Positions 48,765-59,803 of a stretch of DNA of 64,000 bases are shown piece by piece. Below the pieces are notes generated by a model, which saw only the letters and a list, made by a program, of their open reading frames with translations, was not told the origin of the DNA and searched no databases. Made by a program: the position numbers and the translations under genes. Each line of letters begins with the position of its first letter. The stretch's first letter is position 1. The stretch lies in the sequence record DRR723986_618. One strand, given 5' to 3'.

Positions 48765-50213
48765 ATGAACAGTCAGGTTGACAACAGCGCAGCAGAAAAT
48801 ATCCAGCGCATCCTAAACAAGCAACGCAATGCCTACATTGCCGGCGGCGCCGTCAGCGCCGAAACTCGCATCGACAGACTGACGCGCGCGATCGATTTGA
48901 TCTTCGACAACCGCGACGAAATTGTCGCGACCCTGAGTGAAGACTTTGGCCACCGCAGCAGCCATCAGTCACTGATGTCTGACATCTATGCCACTATCGA
49001 GTGCTTAAAGCACAGCAAAAAGCACCTCAAAAAGTGGATGAAGCACGAAAAACGCAAAGCCCCCTTCCCAATGAATCTGTTAGGTGGCAAGGCGCGTGTC
49101 GAATATCAGCCCGTGGGCGTTGTCGGCATTATCGGCACTTGGAATTTCCCCATTAATACGATCTTTTCACCGCTGGCGGGCGTGCTGGCCGCAGGCAACC
49201 GCGCGATGATTAAATGCTCGGAAGTCACACCCAAAACCGGCGAGCTGGTGGAAAAACTGGTTGCCAAATATTTTAAAGAAGATGAGCTGGTTGCCATCAA
49301 CGGTGGCCCCGATGTGGGCGCCAGCTTCTCAGCGGCCCCCTTCGACCACATCATCTTCACAGGCGCGACCTCAATTGCTCGCCATATCATGCGCGCCGCC
49401 GCCGACAACCTTACGCCGGTCACGCTGGAGCTGGGCGGTAAGTCGCCGGTGATTATCAGCGACAGCTACGCGCTACAAGAAGCCGCCGAGCGTATTGTGA
49501 ACGGCAAAATTCTGAACGTTGGCCAGGTCTGCCTATCGCCAGATTATGTGTTTGTGCCAGAAGCCAAGCTTGAAGACTTTATCAGCGCGGTAATGGACCA
49601 CCTGGGCAGTCTGTTTCCCTCACTGCTGGACAACGCGGATTACACGTCCGTGGTCAATGGCCGCCACTTCCAGCGCTTACAGAGCTATCTGGCTGACGCG
49701 CGCGAACAAGGTGCTGACGTTCGCGAGTTCAACCCTGCGAATGAAAACTTCGACCAGCAGGAGGGCACTCACAAACTGCCGCTAACCGTCATTGTTAATC
49801 CCAGTGACGAGCTCAAGGTCATGCAAGAGGAGCTGTTCGGTCCCATTCTTTGCGTGAAAAGCTACCGCAAGCTCGACGACTGTCTGGACTACATTAATGC
49901 CCGCCCTCGGCCCCTGGCGTTGTACTACTTTGGCAAAGACGATGCCGAGCAGCGCCGAATTCTCGACCACAGCATTAGCGGCGCAGTGACCATTAACGAC
50001 GTTATCTTCCATGTTAGTTGTGAAGACCTGCCCTTTGGCGGTATTGGTCCTAGCGGCATGGGCAACTACCATGGCGTCGATGGTTTCCGCACATTTAGCC
50101 ACGCTAAAGCAGTCTACAAACAGAGTAATCTCAACTTTCAAAAGCTGGGCGGCATGCTGCCACCCTACGGTGACAAGGCCGACAAAACACTGAACGCCAT
50201 GATCCGTAAGTAG
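48765..50213 (+). CDS. calB: Coniferyl aldehyde dehydrogenase-like ALDH
   Basis: WNFP, FTG, LELGGKSP, GQVC, EELFGP and PFGGIG motifs. Confidence 0.85.
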   Translation: MNSQVDNSAAENIQRILNKQRNAYIAGGAVSAETRIDRLTRAIDLIFDNRDEIVATLSEDFGHRSSHQSLMSDIYATIECLKHSKKHLKKWMKHEKRKAPFPMNLLGGKARVEYQPVGVVGIIGTWNFPINTIFSPLAGVLAAGNRAMIKCSEVTPKTGELVEKLVAKYFKEDELVAINGGPDVGASFSAAPFDHIIFTGATSIARHIMRAAADNLTPVTLELGGKSPVIISDSYALQEAAERIVNGKILNVGQVCLSPDYVFVPEAKLEDFISAVMDHLGSLFPSLLDNADYTSVVNGRHFQRLQSYLADAREQGADVREFNPANENFDQQEGTHKLPLTVIVNPSDELKVMQEELFGPILCVKSYRKLDDCLDYINARPRPLALYYFGKDDAEQRRILDHSISGAVTINDVIFHVSCEDLPFGGIGPSGMGNYHGVDGFRTFSHAKAVYKQSNLNFQKLGGMLPPYGDKADKTLNAMIRK

Positions 50214-50219
50214 CACCCT

Positions 50220-50249
50220 ATGCGGCCGCCCGAAACGGCGGCCGCATTT
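50220..50249 (+). terminator. Intrinsic terminator
   Basis: ATGCGGCCGCC-CGAAAC-GGCGGCCGCATTT. Confidence 0.7.
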
Positions 50250-50359
50250 ACTGAAAATAGTCCTTCTCCTTCCCCCCCGAGTTCGCGCATAATCCGCGCA
50301 TTATGCTAGGGTCAACGCTATAACCCTTTATACCGTCAATACAGCGTGAGGCTTATCGC

Positions 50360-50806
50360 TTGGCAGCACCTCTAACAACACAAAGCGTTCTTGGTTGGCG
50401 AGAATGGGTTGGCCTGCCCGACCTGGGCATCAGCCACCTGAAGGCAAAGGTCGACACCGGCGCCCGCAGTTCGTCCCTCCACGCCTTCGACATTCAAACC
50501 TTCGACCGCGACGGCAAGCCCTGGGTGAAATTTAAAGTACACCCTCAGCAACACGACGACACTGAAACGGTCTGCTGCGAAGCCGAAATTAAAGACTACC
50601 GCCAGGTGACCGACTCCGGCGGTCACCGTAGCATGCGTTACGTGATTGAAACGACCCTTGCGCTCGGCGATCAGCGGTTGTCTATCGAGATGACCCTCGC
50701 CGACCGCTCTGACATGCTGTTTCGAATGCTCATTGGGCGCACGGCAATGAAAAACTATATTGTCGACCCCAGTCGCTCTTACTGTGCGAGCGAGCCCCAG
50801 CCTTAA
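50360..50806 (+). CDS. rimB: Retropepsin-like RimK-associated protease (RimB-like)
   Basis: GWREWV.LP and [14 protein letters not shown] motifs; upstream of rimK. Confidence 0.85.
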   Translation: MAAPLTTQSVLGWREWVGLPDLGISHLKAKVDTGARSSSLHAFDIQTFDRDGKPWVKFKVHPQQHDDTETVCCEAEIKDYRQVTDSGGHRSMRYVIETTLALGDQRLSIEMTLADRSDMLFRMLIGRTAMKNYIVDPSRSYCASEPQP

Positions 50807-50843
50807 CCCACTGCGCACCGAAGGTGCACGGAGAGTACCGACT

Positions 50844-51749
50844 ATGAAAATCGCCATACTGTCACGCAATAGCCGCCTTTACTCCACCCGGCGACTGGTC
50901 GAAGCCTGCAAGGAAAGGGGCCACGAAGTGCGCGTGCTCGATACACTCAAATGCTATATGGAGCTGAGCTCTAACGAGCCTGCGGTGTGGTACAAAGGCG
51001 AAAAGCTGGAAGATTTCGACGCCATTATTCCGCGCATCGGCGCCTCTATCACGACCTATGGTTTGGCGGTTATCCGCCAGTTCGAAATGATGGGCACCTA
51101 CAGCCTGACCGAGTCGGTGGCGCTAGGCCGCTCCCGAGATAAATTGCGCGCCCTGCAATTAATGTCGCGCAAAAATATCGGTATGCCCGTAACCAGCTTC
51201 GCCCACGACGTGCACAACACCAAGGAACTCATTAAATTGGTGGGCGGAGCACCGGTCGTCGTCAAACTGCTCGCGGGTACCCAAGGGCGGGGCGTGGTGT
51301 TAGCAGAAACCGCCAAGGCCGCCGAAAGTGTTATCGATGCGTTTCGTGAGCTCAAAGCTGATTTTCTCGTCCAGGAGTTCATCAAAGAAGCGGGCGGCTC
51401 GGATGTGCGCTGCCTGGTCATCGGCCGTAAAGTGGTGGCGGCCATGCAACGCACCGCGGCGAGCGGCGAGTTTCGCTCCAACCTTCATCGCGGGGGTAGC
51501 GCCGAACTCACCAAGCTGACGCCGGCGGAGCGCGCCACAGCGGTCAAGGCCGCACAAATTATGGGCCTGAATGTTGCCGGCGTAGATATATTGCGCTCCT
51601 CGCGTGGCCCTCTGGTTATGGAGGTCAACTCCTCCCCCGGACTGGAAGGGATTGAAACGGCCAGCCGCAAGAACGTCGCCGGTGAAATCGTCAAGTTTAT
51701 CGAAGAAAATGCTGGCCCTAATAAAACTAAAACACGTGGCCGAGGCTAA
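50844..51749 (+). CDS. rimK: Ribosomal protein S6--L-glutamate ligase
   Basis: [23 protein letters not shown] and [12 protein letters not shown] motifs. Confidence 0.97.
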   Translation: MKIAILSRNSRLYSTRRLVEACKERGHEVRVLDTLKCYMELSSNEPAVWYKGEKLEDFDAIIPRIGASITTYGLAVIRQFEMMGTYSLTESVALGRSRDKLRALQLMSRKNIGMPVTSFAHDVHNTKELIKLVGGAPVVVKLLAGTQGRGVVLAETAKAAESVIDAFRELKADFLVQEFIKEAGGSDVRCLVIGRKVVAAMQRTAASGEFRSNLHRGGSAELTKLTPAERATAVKAAQIMGLNVAGVDILRSSRGPLVMEVNSSPGLEGIETASRKNVAGEIVKFIEENAGPNKTKTRGRG

Positions 51750-51780
51750 ACTCCGCCCTTTTGTTCCGGAGCCTTACTGA

Positions 51781-52884
51781 GTGTCTGAAAAACCCACAGC
51801 GAGCAGACGGCGTAGCCGTCCACAGGCAAAACGCATTGTTATCGCCGGCACAGAGATTATTCCCGGCAGCCGCCAACAGCTGGCGCTGCCGGTCGCCAAG
51901 CTCTACACCCATACCGAGCTTTCCATCACCATCAAAACCGTGCGCAGCAAACGCGAGGGGCCAACCCTCTTTGTCAGCGCCGCCATTCACGGTGATGAAA
52001 TTAATGGCGTAGAGATTGTCCGGCGCCTGCTCCAGCATCGCTCCCTGCGCTCATTGCGCGGCACCTTGGTCACCATACCCGTGGTCAATGTACACGGTTT
52101 TCTGAACAACAGCCGCTACCTGCCCGACGGCCGAGACCTCAACCGGAGCTTCCCCGGCTCGCCCAAAAGCTCATTGGCGGGCCGTATTGCCCACAGTTTT
52201 TTCAATGAAGTGGTTGCCCATTGCGACTACGGGATTGACCTTCACACCGGCGCTCGCCACCGCGGAAACCTGCCGCAAATTCGCGCAGACCTTCAAGACG
52301 AGCGCACCCGCGCGATGGCCGAAGCCTTCGGCGCCCCGGTAATGCTGCACGCGAAAACCCGCGACGGCTCACTGCGCGAGGTGGCGAATGACCAAAAGAT
52401 ACCCATTCTGCTGTATGAGGCAGGGGAAGCACTGCGCTTCGACGAGGTAGCCATTCGGGCCGGTGTGTCGGGGATTATCAACGTGATGCGACAGATTGGC
52501 ATGTTGCCCGCGTCCCGCAGCAAGCGCCCAAAGCGCACGCCGATGGTGACCGATCAGTCTTACTGGGTACGCGCCAGGGTTAGCGGCGTACTGAGAGCAC
52601 TCGTTCCCCTGGGCGCATTCGTCAAGAAAGATGAGGTTATTGCCGTTATCTCTGATCCTATCGGCGATAGTAGCGGGGACGTCGAGATCGTAGCAAATGA
52701 TGCCGGCATCGTTATCGGCCGCACCTATCTGCCGCTGATCTACGAGGGCGACGCGCTCTTTCACATCGCCAAATATAAAGCGGATATCGACGAGGCCCTG
52801 CTGCACTACAACGAAATCATGGAAGCTTTTGAGCCAGAGGCCTCCCCGCCCGCACCCGGCGAAGACCCTCCGATCGCCAGCTAA
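51781..52884 (+). CDS. Succinylglutamate desuccinylase/aspartoacylase (M14) family protein
   Basis: AIHGDEING, DLNRSFPG, DLHTG and YEAGE motifs. Confidence 0.92.
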   Translation: MSEKPTASRRRSRPQAKRIVIAGTEIIPGSRQQLALPVAKLYTHTELSITIKTVRSKREGPTLFVSAAIHGDEINGVEIVRRLLQHRSLRSLRGTLVTIPVVNVHGFLNNSRYLPDGRDLNRSFPGSPKSSLAGRIAHSFFNEVVAHCDYGIDLHTGARHRGNLPQIRADLQDERTRAMAEAFGAPVMLHAKTRDGSLREVANDQKIPILLYEAGEALRFDEVAIRAGVSGIINVMRQIGMLPASRSKRPKRTPMVTDQSYWVRARVSGVLRALVPLGAFVKKDEVIAVISDPIGDSSGDVEIVANDAGIVIGRTYLPLIYEGDALFHIAKYKADIDEALLHYNEIMEAFEPEASPPAPGEDPPIAS

Positions 52885-54089
52885 GCCTGCGCTCGTTGTT
52901 GTAGGGTCTGTCCCTGGCAGTGGCTGTCCATAAAGCTCAGCATTAGCTTCAGGTATTCTTGGCGCCCCAGATGGATAACATGATTGCCGGGGAACCAGTG
53001 CAAATGGCTATCGGGCCAATGGCCGTGCAGTAGCCGCACAAAACGCGGCGGTGTAAAGCGGTCACCCGCACCACCAATAATCATCACTTTTTCAGGGTCT
53101 AGCAAAGGCTGATAACTCAAGGGGCTGTGTATCGCCATTCCTCGACGCAAGTCCATGGCCGAAAAGCCAGAACGCCGCTCGATCAACTCCATAATCTCGT
53201 GGGTCGGCTGCCAGCTTCGGATGGTATCTACCGGCGCAACCAGCGGGGAGTTGGGTATGCAAAAGGCCAGACGCGGCTCAACCGCCGCCAACAAGGCGCT
53301 TAGGTAGCCCCCCAAACTCAAACCGGAAATCCCGATATGCGGCGCACCGCGCCGTTCTAGGAAGTCTACCAATACTCGCAGGTCACAGATCGATTGCAGC
53401 ATGCCCTCGGTCATCTGAGCAAAACCATCACTAAACAAACCCTGACCACTAAACAATGACAAACGCCCTGCACGCTGCCCATGAAAGGGAATAGTAAACA
53501 GAGCAATGTCATAGCCGCGCTCGTAAAACCACGGCAACGAGAAGAAACGGCTATTGAACTCGTAGTCGCTGGCTACCACGCCGTGCACAAAAATCAGCGT
53601 CGGTCGCGGCCCCTCCGGGTGACTCCAGTACTGTACCTGCGCGCGACGATTGCGCTGATGGCTGAGGTAGCGGTCCACCATATCCGGGTTCAGTGGTTCA
53701 AAGGGGCTGTCGAAGCTGAGCTGAAGGGTGGGTACTTTCTTTCGCCATCCGGCCCAACGCGGTGTTTGCACGGCCTTTACATCCACCTGCGGGGGCGTCT
53801 TAAAAACCTTCGTGACATCGCGCTGTGCGGCCAGTCCGGCGTAAAAGTCCATGAACCGGCGCTCATCTGCCAAGGCGCTGGGGTTTAACAGTAGTTTGGG
53901 CAACAACGACGCACTAATCGCCGACCCCAACGCGGTGCGCAGCACACGGTCTACCGCAGCGGTTCCGTAAACTTGCAAGGGGGACTCACCGTCGAGCTCG
54001 GTACCGTCGGACTGACTGTAAAAATCTTCCGGGAGACTCAACCACCACGGCGGCATCTCCGTCACTTTGGGCAGCGCGTTATCAGTCAT
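52881..54089 (-). CDS. Alpha/beta hydrolase
   Basis: VHG, PFHG.R, GLSLGG, GD and GNH catalytic-triad motifs. Confidence 0.85.
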   Translation of the reverse strand: MTDNALPKVTEMPPWWLSLPEDFYSQSDGTELDGESPLQVYGTAAVDRVLRTALGSAISASLLPKLLLNPSALADERRFMDFYAGLAAQRDVTKVFKTPPQVDVKAVQTPRWAGWRKKVPTLQLSFDSPFEPLNPDMVDRYLSHQRNRRAQVQYWSHPEGPRPTLIFVHGVVASDYEFNSRFFSLPWFYERGYDIALFTIPFHGQRAGRLSLFSGQGLFSDGFAQMTEGMLQSICDLRVLVDFLERRGAPHIGISGLSLGGYLSALLAAVEPRLAFCIPNSPLVAPVDTIRSWQPTHEIMELIERRSGFSAMDLRRGMAIHSPLSYQPLLDPEKVMIIGGAGDRFTPPRFVRLLHGHWPDSHLHWFPGNHVIHLGRQEYLKLMLSFMDSHCQGQTLQQRAQA

Positions 54090-54235
54090 TGTTGTCCTTA
54101 TTATTTATCAGCGTCTCACCTCGTTTTATCATATTCTCCATTAAATGAAAGCCCGCATGTGTCGAGATAAGCTCCTAGCCTTGCCCACTGGCGCGCGACA
54201 ACCTAAGCTGAGACCTTCGAACACAGGCCAACCGT

Positions 54236-55129
54236 ATGCTCGAACAGGAAATCCGGCAATTCCTTGACTATCAGCGCGATGTCCGACGGCTTTCCCCCCA
54301 TACAGTGGAGGCCTACCAGCGCGACCTGAGCAAGCTCGCCAATTATTGCCAAGAGCGCAAACTGACGCACAGCGACGCGCTCGACGCCGCCCATATCCGC
54401 CAGTTAATTGCCCAGCAACGAAGCAGTGGCGCCTCTCCGGCGAGCATCCAGCGGCAACTGTCATCACTGCGCAGTTTTTACCAGCATCGCCAGCGCGATT
54501 TCGGTGCGAAGAAAAACCCCGCCAGTGGAATCGCCGCGCCGCGACGGGGGCGCCCCCTGCCTAAAACACTCAATGCAGAAGCGATAGCGCAATTGCTTGC
54601 CTTTCCGGGAAGTGAGCCGATTGATCTGCGTGACCGCGCCATAATGGAGTTGTTTTATTCATCGGGCCTGCGTCTCGCTGAGCTTGCCGACCTAGATGTC
54701 AACGATATTGATCTGCGCGAAGGACTAGTTGCGGTCACCGGCAAAGGGCGCAAGAGCCGCACACTCCCTGTGGGCCGGCTGGCATGCCAGGCAGTTAAGA
54801 GCTGGCTGCGCTGTCGCCCCCAGCCGGAAGACACCGCCCTCTTCACCAGCATGCGCGGCGGGCGCCTCGGCCACCGCGCAATTCAGGGTCGCATCAAACT
54901 TCGTGCCCGGCAACAAGGTATCCCTGAAAACCTTCACCCACATATGCTGCGGCACTCCTTTGCCAGCCACCTATTGGAATCCAGCAGCGACTTGCGCGGC
55001 GTACAAGAATTACTGGGTCACGCAAACTTATCCACGACCCAGGTATATACGCACTTGGATTTTCAGCACCTCGCCAAGGTTTATGATCAGGCTCACCCCA
55101 GAGCGGGACGCAAAACCAGAAAGGACTAG
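54236..55129 (+). CDS. xerC: Tyrosine recombinase XerC
   Basis: SSGLR, HPHMLRHSFASH and QVYTHLDFQHLAKVYDQAHPRA motifs. Confidence 0.95.
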   Translation: MLEQEIRQFLDYQRDVRRLSPHTVEAYQRDLSKLANYCQERKLTHSDALDAAHIRQLIAQQRSSGASPASIQRQLSSLRSFYQHRQRDFGAKKNPASGIAAPRRGRPLPKTLNAEAIAQLLAFPGSEPIDLRDRAIMELFYSSGLRLAELADLDVNDIDLREGLVAVTGKGRKSRTLPVGRLACQAVKSWLRCRPQPEDTALFTSMRGGRLGHRAIQGRIKLRARQQGIPENLHPHMLRHSFASHLLESSSDLRGVQELLGHANLSTTQVYTHLDFQHLAKVYDQAHPRAGRKTRKD

Positions 55130-55131
55130 CC

Positions 55132-55839
55132 ATGGCACGCATTCGCGCAATTAGCTTTGATCTCGACGACACACTCTGGCCAAGCCGCCCGGTGCTGGAG
55201 TCCGCAGAGCGCGTGTTTCAGCAAAAAGCACTAGAGCTTGCACCAAAGCTCGCGGAACATTACCCCGCCGAAGCGCTGCGCGAGCATCGCCTGGCGTTAT
55301 TGAAGCAGCAACCCGCACTGCGTCACCAGATCAGTGAATGGCGTCGACTCAGTTTGGAACTTGCCCTGCGCGATTGCGGCTATGGCGAGCAGAGTCCCGA
55401 GATCGCTGCCGAAGTCTTTACTCACTTCATTGCAGCTCGCCAAAATGTTCAACTCTTTCAGCATGTGGAAGAGGTGTTACGCGCGCTTAGCGAGCGATTC
55501 CTTTTGGTCAGCTTAACCAATGGCAACGCGGACCTGCGCATGCACCCCTGCAGTCGACATTTTCACGCCTGCATAAAAGCGGAGGACATCGGCATTAGTA
55601 AACCCGACCCTGCTGCCTTTCACGCCGCGCTTGCTGCCGCCGGCTGCGCTAAGGGTGAGTTGCTTCATATTGGCGACCACCCACGGGATGATATTGACGG
55701 CGCGCAGGGGGCGGGCTTAACCAGCATTCAAGCACTTATGCCCGGGATTGGCCGCGAAAAGCACACGGGGGCTCACGGCCACTTTACAGATTGGCGCGAG
55801 CTACCCACGCTTATCGAGCAGATTGAAAATATGCGTTAA
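55132..55839 (+). CDS. HAD hydrolase (YigB-like)
   Basis: FDLDDTLW, TNGN, KP and HIGD motifs; follows xerC. Confidence 0.9.
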   Translation: MARIRAISFDLDDTLWPSRPVLESAERVFQQKALELAPKLAEHYPAEALREHRLALLKQQPALRHQISEWRRLSLELALRDCGYGEQSPEIAAEVFTHFIAARQNVQLFQHVEEVLRALSERFLLVSLTNGNADLRMHPCSRHFHACIKAEDIGISKPDPAAFHAALAAAGCAKGELLHIGDHPRDDIDGAQGAGLTSIQALMPGIGREKHTGAHGHFTDWRELPTLIEQIENMR

Positions 55840-56033
55840 ACGCCGTCTTGATCAGCATCCGCATGCCCGCTGCGCATATGCGGCTCAAGCTCAGTAATAT
55901 GACCACCGTGCGCCAGGAATTCAGCGACGTCCCTAGCGAGTTGCTCCCGCATACGGTCGTGACTCGTCAGCGGCTCATTCACGCCTAAGCCAAGGTGTTT
56001 TTTTGTATCACCGCCTCGAACTTTTGATCCCAT
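55836..56033 (-). CDS. sutA: SutA-like RNA polymerase-binding small protein
   Basis: R..LA....EFL..GG.I.E.EP core; located between xerC-HAD and amtB as in Pseudomonas; GGAGG SD. Confidence 0.65.
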   Translation of the reverse strand: MGSKVRGGDTKKHLGLGVNEPLTSHDRMREQLARDVAEFLAHGGHITELEPHMRSGHADADQDGV

Positions 56034-56188
56034 CAGCTTACCCTCCGCGTTGGAGAACAATCAGTCGTCACCGCTTTATACTGCGACCCCAGCCGGGCTG
56101 ACAAGCGCCTTATTAGGCTTTTTCGTTATGTCACTCAGGCAATATCTACTCAAACAATAATAATGCGTTGATTGACGAACATTCAGGC

Positions 56189-56214
56189 AAAAAAAATGGC
56201 GCCGAAGCGCCATT
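56189..56214 (-). terminator. Terminator after the second P-II gene
   Basis: AATGGCGC-TTCG-GCGCCA followed by T8 on the minus strand. Confidence 0.85.
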
Positions 56215-56233
56215 CACTAAAAAGCTCTGCCGG

Positions 56234-56614
<381 letters not shown>

Positions 56615-56631
56615 CTAGGCCCAGTACCCTT

Positions 56632-56647
56632 GGCAAGCATAGCGCCA
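56632..56647 (-). promoter_or_regulatory. Putative sigma54 promoter of the second P-II gene
   Basis: TGGCGC-TATGC-TTGC with -24/-12 spacing. Confidence 0.6.
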
Positions 56648-56673
56648 TTGCTGCAGCCTATCCCTACAACGGC

Positions 56674-56697
56674 AAAAGGGCGCCGCAAGGGCGCCCT
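56674..56697 (-). terminator. amtB terminator
   Basis: AGGGCGCC-loop-GGCGCCCTTTT on the minus strand. Confidence 0.7.
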
Positions 56698-56717
56698 GAT
56701 CAAAAGGAGGCGTTGAC

Positions 56718-57977
56718 TTAGCTCTTCACAAATTCGGGGTATGCTTCCATACCGCAGTCTGCCAAGTCCATGCCTTCGTATTCTTCCTCTTCGGTAACAC
56801 GGATACCCATGACCATTTTCAGTACCAGCCACACTACCAGGCTTGCACCAAATACCCAGCCAAAGATGGTTGCAGCGCCGATCAGCTGACCGCTGAAGCT
56901 CGCACCGTCGTTGGTAACTGGCACCAGCAGCAGACCCAGAAGACCCACAACACCGTGAACAGAGATGGCACCAACGGGGTCGTCGATTTTCAGCTTATCC
57001 AGAGCCAGGATGCTGAATACCACCAGTACACCACCCGCAGCACCGAACAAGGTCGCTTGCAAGGCAGTAGGTGTAGAAGGTTCAGCAGTAATCGCTACCA
57101 GACCAGCAAGCGCACCGTTCAGCAGCATAGTCAGGTCAGCTTTGCCGAATAAGATGCGGGCTACCGCCAGGGCTGCTACGGCACCACCGGCTGCTGCCGC
57201 GTTGGTGTTCAAAAAGACCATGGCAACAGAGTGTGCGTTAGCAGCGTCGCCGAGTTTCAGTACTGAGCCACCGTTGAAGCCGAACCAACCCATCCACAGG
57301 ATGAAGGTACCCAAGGTCGCCAGTGGCAGGTTTGCACCGGGGATCGCGTTAACCTGACCGTTTGCACCGTATTTGCCCTTACGAGCACCAAGCAGCAACA
57401 CGCCAGCCAGCGCCGCAGCGGCACCTGCCATGTGTACTATGCCCGAGCCAGCAAAGTCAGAGAAGCCAAGGTCGCCGAGGTTATACAAACCGAATACGTC
57501 GTTGCCACCCCAGGTCCAAGACCCTTCCAGCGGATAGATCACACCCGTCATCACAACCGCGAAGGCCAGGAATGCCCAAAGCTTCATGCGCTCAGCCACT
57601 GCACCGGATACGATCGACATTGCGGTTGCAACGAAGACTACCTGGAAGAAGAAGTCGGAAGCGCCAGAGTATACTGAACCGCCGTCAAAGCCGGCTTCTG
57701 CCGAGTCTGCCAACACGCCTTCAAGGTCGAAGTCGCCAATGCCACTTAGCAAGATGTCACCGCCGTACATGATCGCGTAACCGCACACCAAGTACATGAT
57801 GCAGCTGATCGCAAACAACGCGACGTTTTTAGTCAGGATTTCTGTGGTGTTTTTGCTGCGAACCAAGCCCGCTTCTAGCATGGCAAAGCCTGCAGCCATC
57901 CACATTACAAGTGCGCCACAGACAAGAAAGTAAAACGTGTCCATTGCGTACTGAAGTTCAAAAATTTGATTTTCCAC
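56718..57977 (-). CDS. amtB: Ammonium transporter
   Basis: GFAMLEAG, DFAGSGIVH, GWFGFNGGS and DDPVGAISVHG motifs. Confidence 0.97.
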   Translation of the reverse strand: MENQIFELQYAMDTFYFLVCGALVMWMAAGFAMLEAGLVRSKNTTEILTKNVALFAISCIMYLVCGYAIMYGGDILLSGIGDFDLEGVLADSAEAGFDGGSVYSGASDFFFQVVFVATAMSIVSGAVAERMKLWAFLAFAVVMTGVIYPLEGSWTWGGNDVFGLYNLGDLGFSDFAGSGIVHMAGAAAALAGVLLLGARKGKYGANGQVNAIPGANLPLATLGTFILWMGWFGFNGGSVLKLGDAANAHSVAMVFLNTNAAAAGGAVAALAVARILFGKADLTMLLNGALAGLVAITAEPSTPTALQATLFGAAGGVLVVFSILALDKLKIDDPVGAISVHGVVGLLGLLLVPVTNDGASFSGQLIGAATIFGWVFGASLVVWLVLKMVMGIRVTEEEEYEGMDLADCGMEAYPEFVKS

Positions 57978-58047
57978 TGGGATTCCTCCGGAAAAATTTG
58001 GGGGCCTACTGCTTTACCACCACCGCGTGGCGGGTAGCCCGCTACTC

Positions 58048-58398
<351 letters not shown>

Positions 58399-58447
58399 CT
58401 AATAGCCTTGAGGGCAGGCGGGCACTGGAGTACCCGCCGCGATCTAA

Positions 58448-59146
58448 TTACAGGCTTTTTGAGATAGAGAAGATGGCACGGTCTTCAGTGTTATCGTTGT
58501 CTGCGTCGATATCTGTTCCAACATAGGCCAGGGACAGAGTTACGCCGGCAACGTCATAATTCACGCCGATCAAGTAGTCGATGTAAGTGTCATCCGAGTC
58601 AACCTGATTATCATCTTCGGTCATAGTTTGGCCAATATGAAAATCGACGCTCACGCCTTCCTGCACAGCCAGGCTGTAATCTAGGCTGATCACTGTGGCA
58701 TCGCCTTTACCGTCGCCAAAGTACTCGGGTGAATAAACCAGACCCGCGGTGAAATCACCGTAAGATACTGACGCTACGTACTCCTGATAATTGGAAGCAG
58801 ACTCCGCACCGGGGTAGGTAAACTGCCAGAAAGACAGATCGACACTAACGTTCTCACTGGCATCAAACGCGTAGCCAACGTAGTAGTCTGTCTCTGTGCT
58901 GTTTTGCTCGACTGAGCTCTTGCCGTCAGAAAAGTTAACGCTAGATGCCCAAACCCCGACATAAGCTCCAGATTCAAAGCCATAGTCGAACCCGCCTTGA
59001 ATCGCCATTTTTTCATTTGTTTGTGAAACACCACGGAACGAGTAATCACTAGTCCAAGTTACATTCCCGCTAATATCACCAGCGTGAACAATCATAGGAG
59101 CAGATGAAATCGCCGCTACACCAAGCATTTTTTTCCAAGTGTTCAT
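58448..59146 (-). CDS. TorF/TIGR02001-type putative porin
   Basis: Signal peptide; SDYSFRGVSQT, QGGFD and GVWASSV motifs; upstream of glnK-amtB. Confidence 0.85.
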   Translation of the reverse strand: MNTWKKMLGVAAISSAPMIVHAGDISGNVTWTSDYSFRGVSQTNEKMAIQGGFDYGFESGAYVGVWASSVNFSDGKSSVEQNSTETDYYVGYAFDASENVSVDLSFWQFTYPGAESASNYQEYVASVSYGDFTAGLVYSPEYFGDGKGDATVISLDYSLAVQEGVSVDFHIGQTMTEDDNQVDSDDTYIDYLIGVNYDVAGVTLSLAYVGTDIDADNDNTEDRAIFSISKSL

Positions 59147-59224
59147 GTTCTAGTCTCCGATAGTCTTCTCTCGTTGAACGTATGCGGTTAAGGGAAGGCC
59201 CTGAACATCACATGCCTAGCTATA

Positions 59225-59240
59225 TGCATGGGGCGTGCCA
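59225..59240 (-). promoter_or_regulatory. sigma54 promoter of porin-glnK-amtB
   Basis: TGGCAC-GCCCC-ATGCA. Confidence 0.75.
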
Positions 59241-59342
59241 GGTTTTAAAGCGCCCAAAATCAGGGCTTTCCCGCCACAAAACACCCCATCACACCCCTTT
59301 CCGCACTATTTCAGATCACAAAACAACAACACACCTGAGTTA

Positions 59343-59359
59343 AGCACCATATCGGTGCA
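59343..59359. promoter_or_regulatory. NtrC binding site
   Basis: AGCACC-ATATC-GGTGCA, about 100 bp upstream of the sigma54 site. Confidence 0.75.
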
Positions 59360-59485
59360 ATTTCACATTACTCTCGTTTGCCGCCCCTAAACAGCGCAAA
59401 CACCACCGGGAACAAAAACTGTGCACGCTCTGCGACGCCGTGCAAAAGTGCGATAAACTGTCGCCAGCAACGAGAGAGTATCGCC

Positions 59486-59743
59486 ATGGCAAAACCCGAC
59501 TTTATTTCCCAACTTGCTGAACAGGCCGGGCGCCTGATCAGCCAAGGCCCGGATATTCAGCAAGACATCGAAGCCAAACTGCAGGCACTACTACAAAGCG
59601 CCTTCAGCAAGATGAATGTGGTATCGAGAGACGAATTCGATGCGCAAACCGCGGTACTCAATCGCACCCGCGCTCGTCTGGAAGCCGCCGAGCGACAGCT
59701 GGCCGAGATTACTGCCAGTTTGGAAAGTGCCGAGAATAAATAA
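59486..59743 (+). CDS. ubiK: Ubiquinone biosynthesis accessory factor UbiK
   Basis: VVSRDEFDAQ.AVL.RTR.RL motif; start MAKPDF. Confidence 0.88.
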   Translation: MAKPDFISQLAEQAGRLISQGPDIQQDIEAKLQALLQSAFSKMNVVSRDEFDAQTAVLNRTRARLEAAERQLAEITASLESAENK

Positions 59744-59803
59744 ACCGTCTTGCGCGCAGCAGGACGGCTGCTCGCAATTGCAAAAATACTCAGGGATTGA
59801 GTT

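Noticed and set aside
54236-55129. Tyrosine recombinase as a mobile-element integrase
   Set aside because: It has the XerC-specific C-terminus and the usual HAD neighbour; no att sites or cargo were seen.
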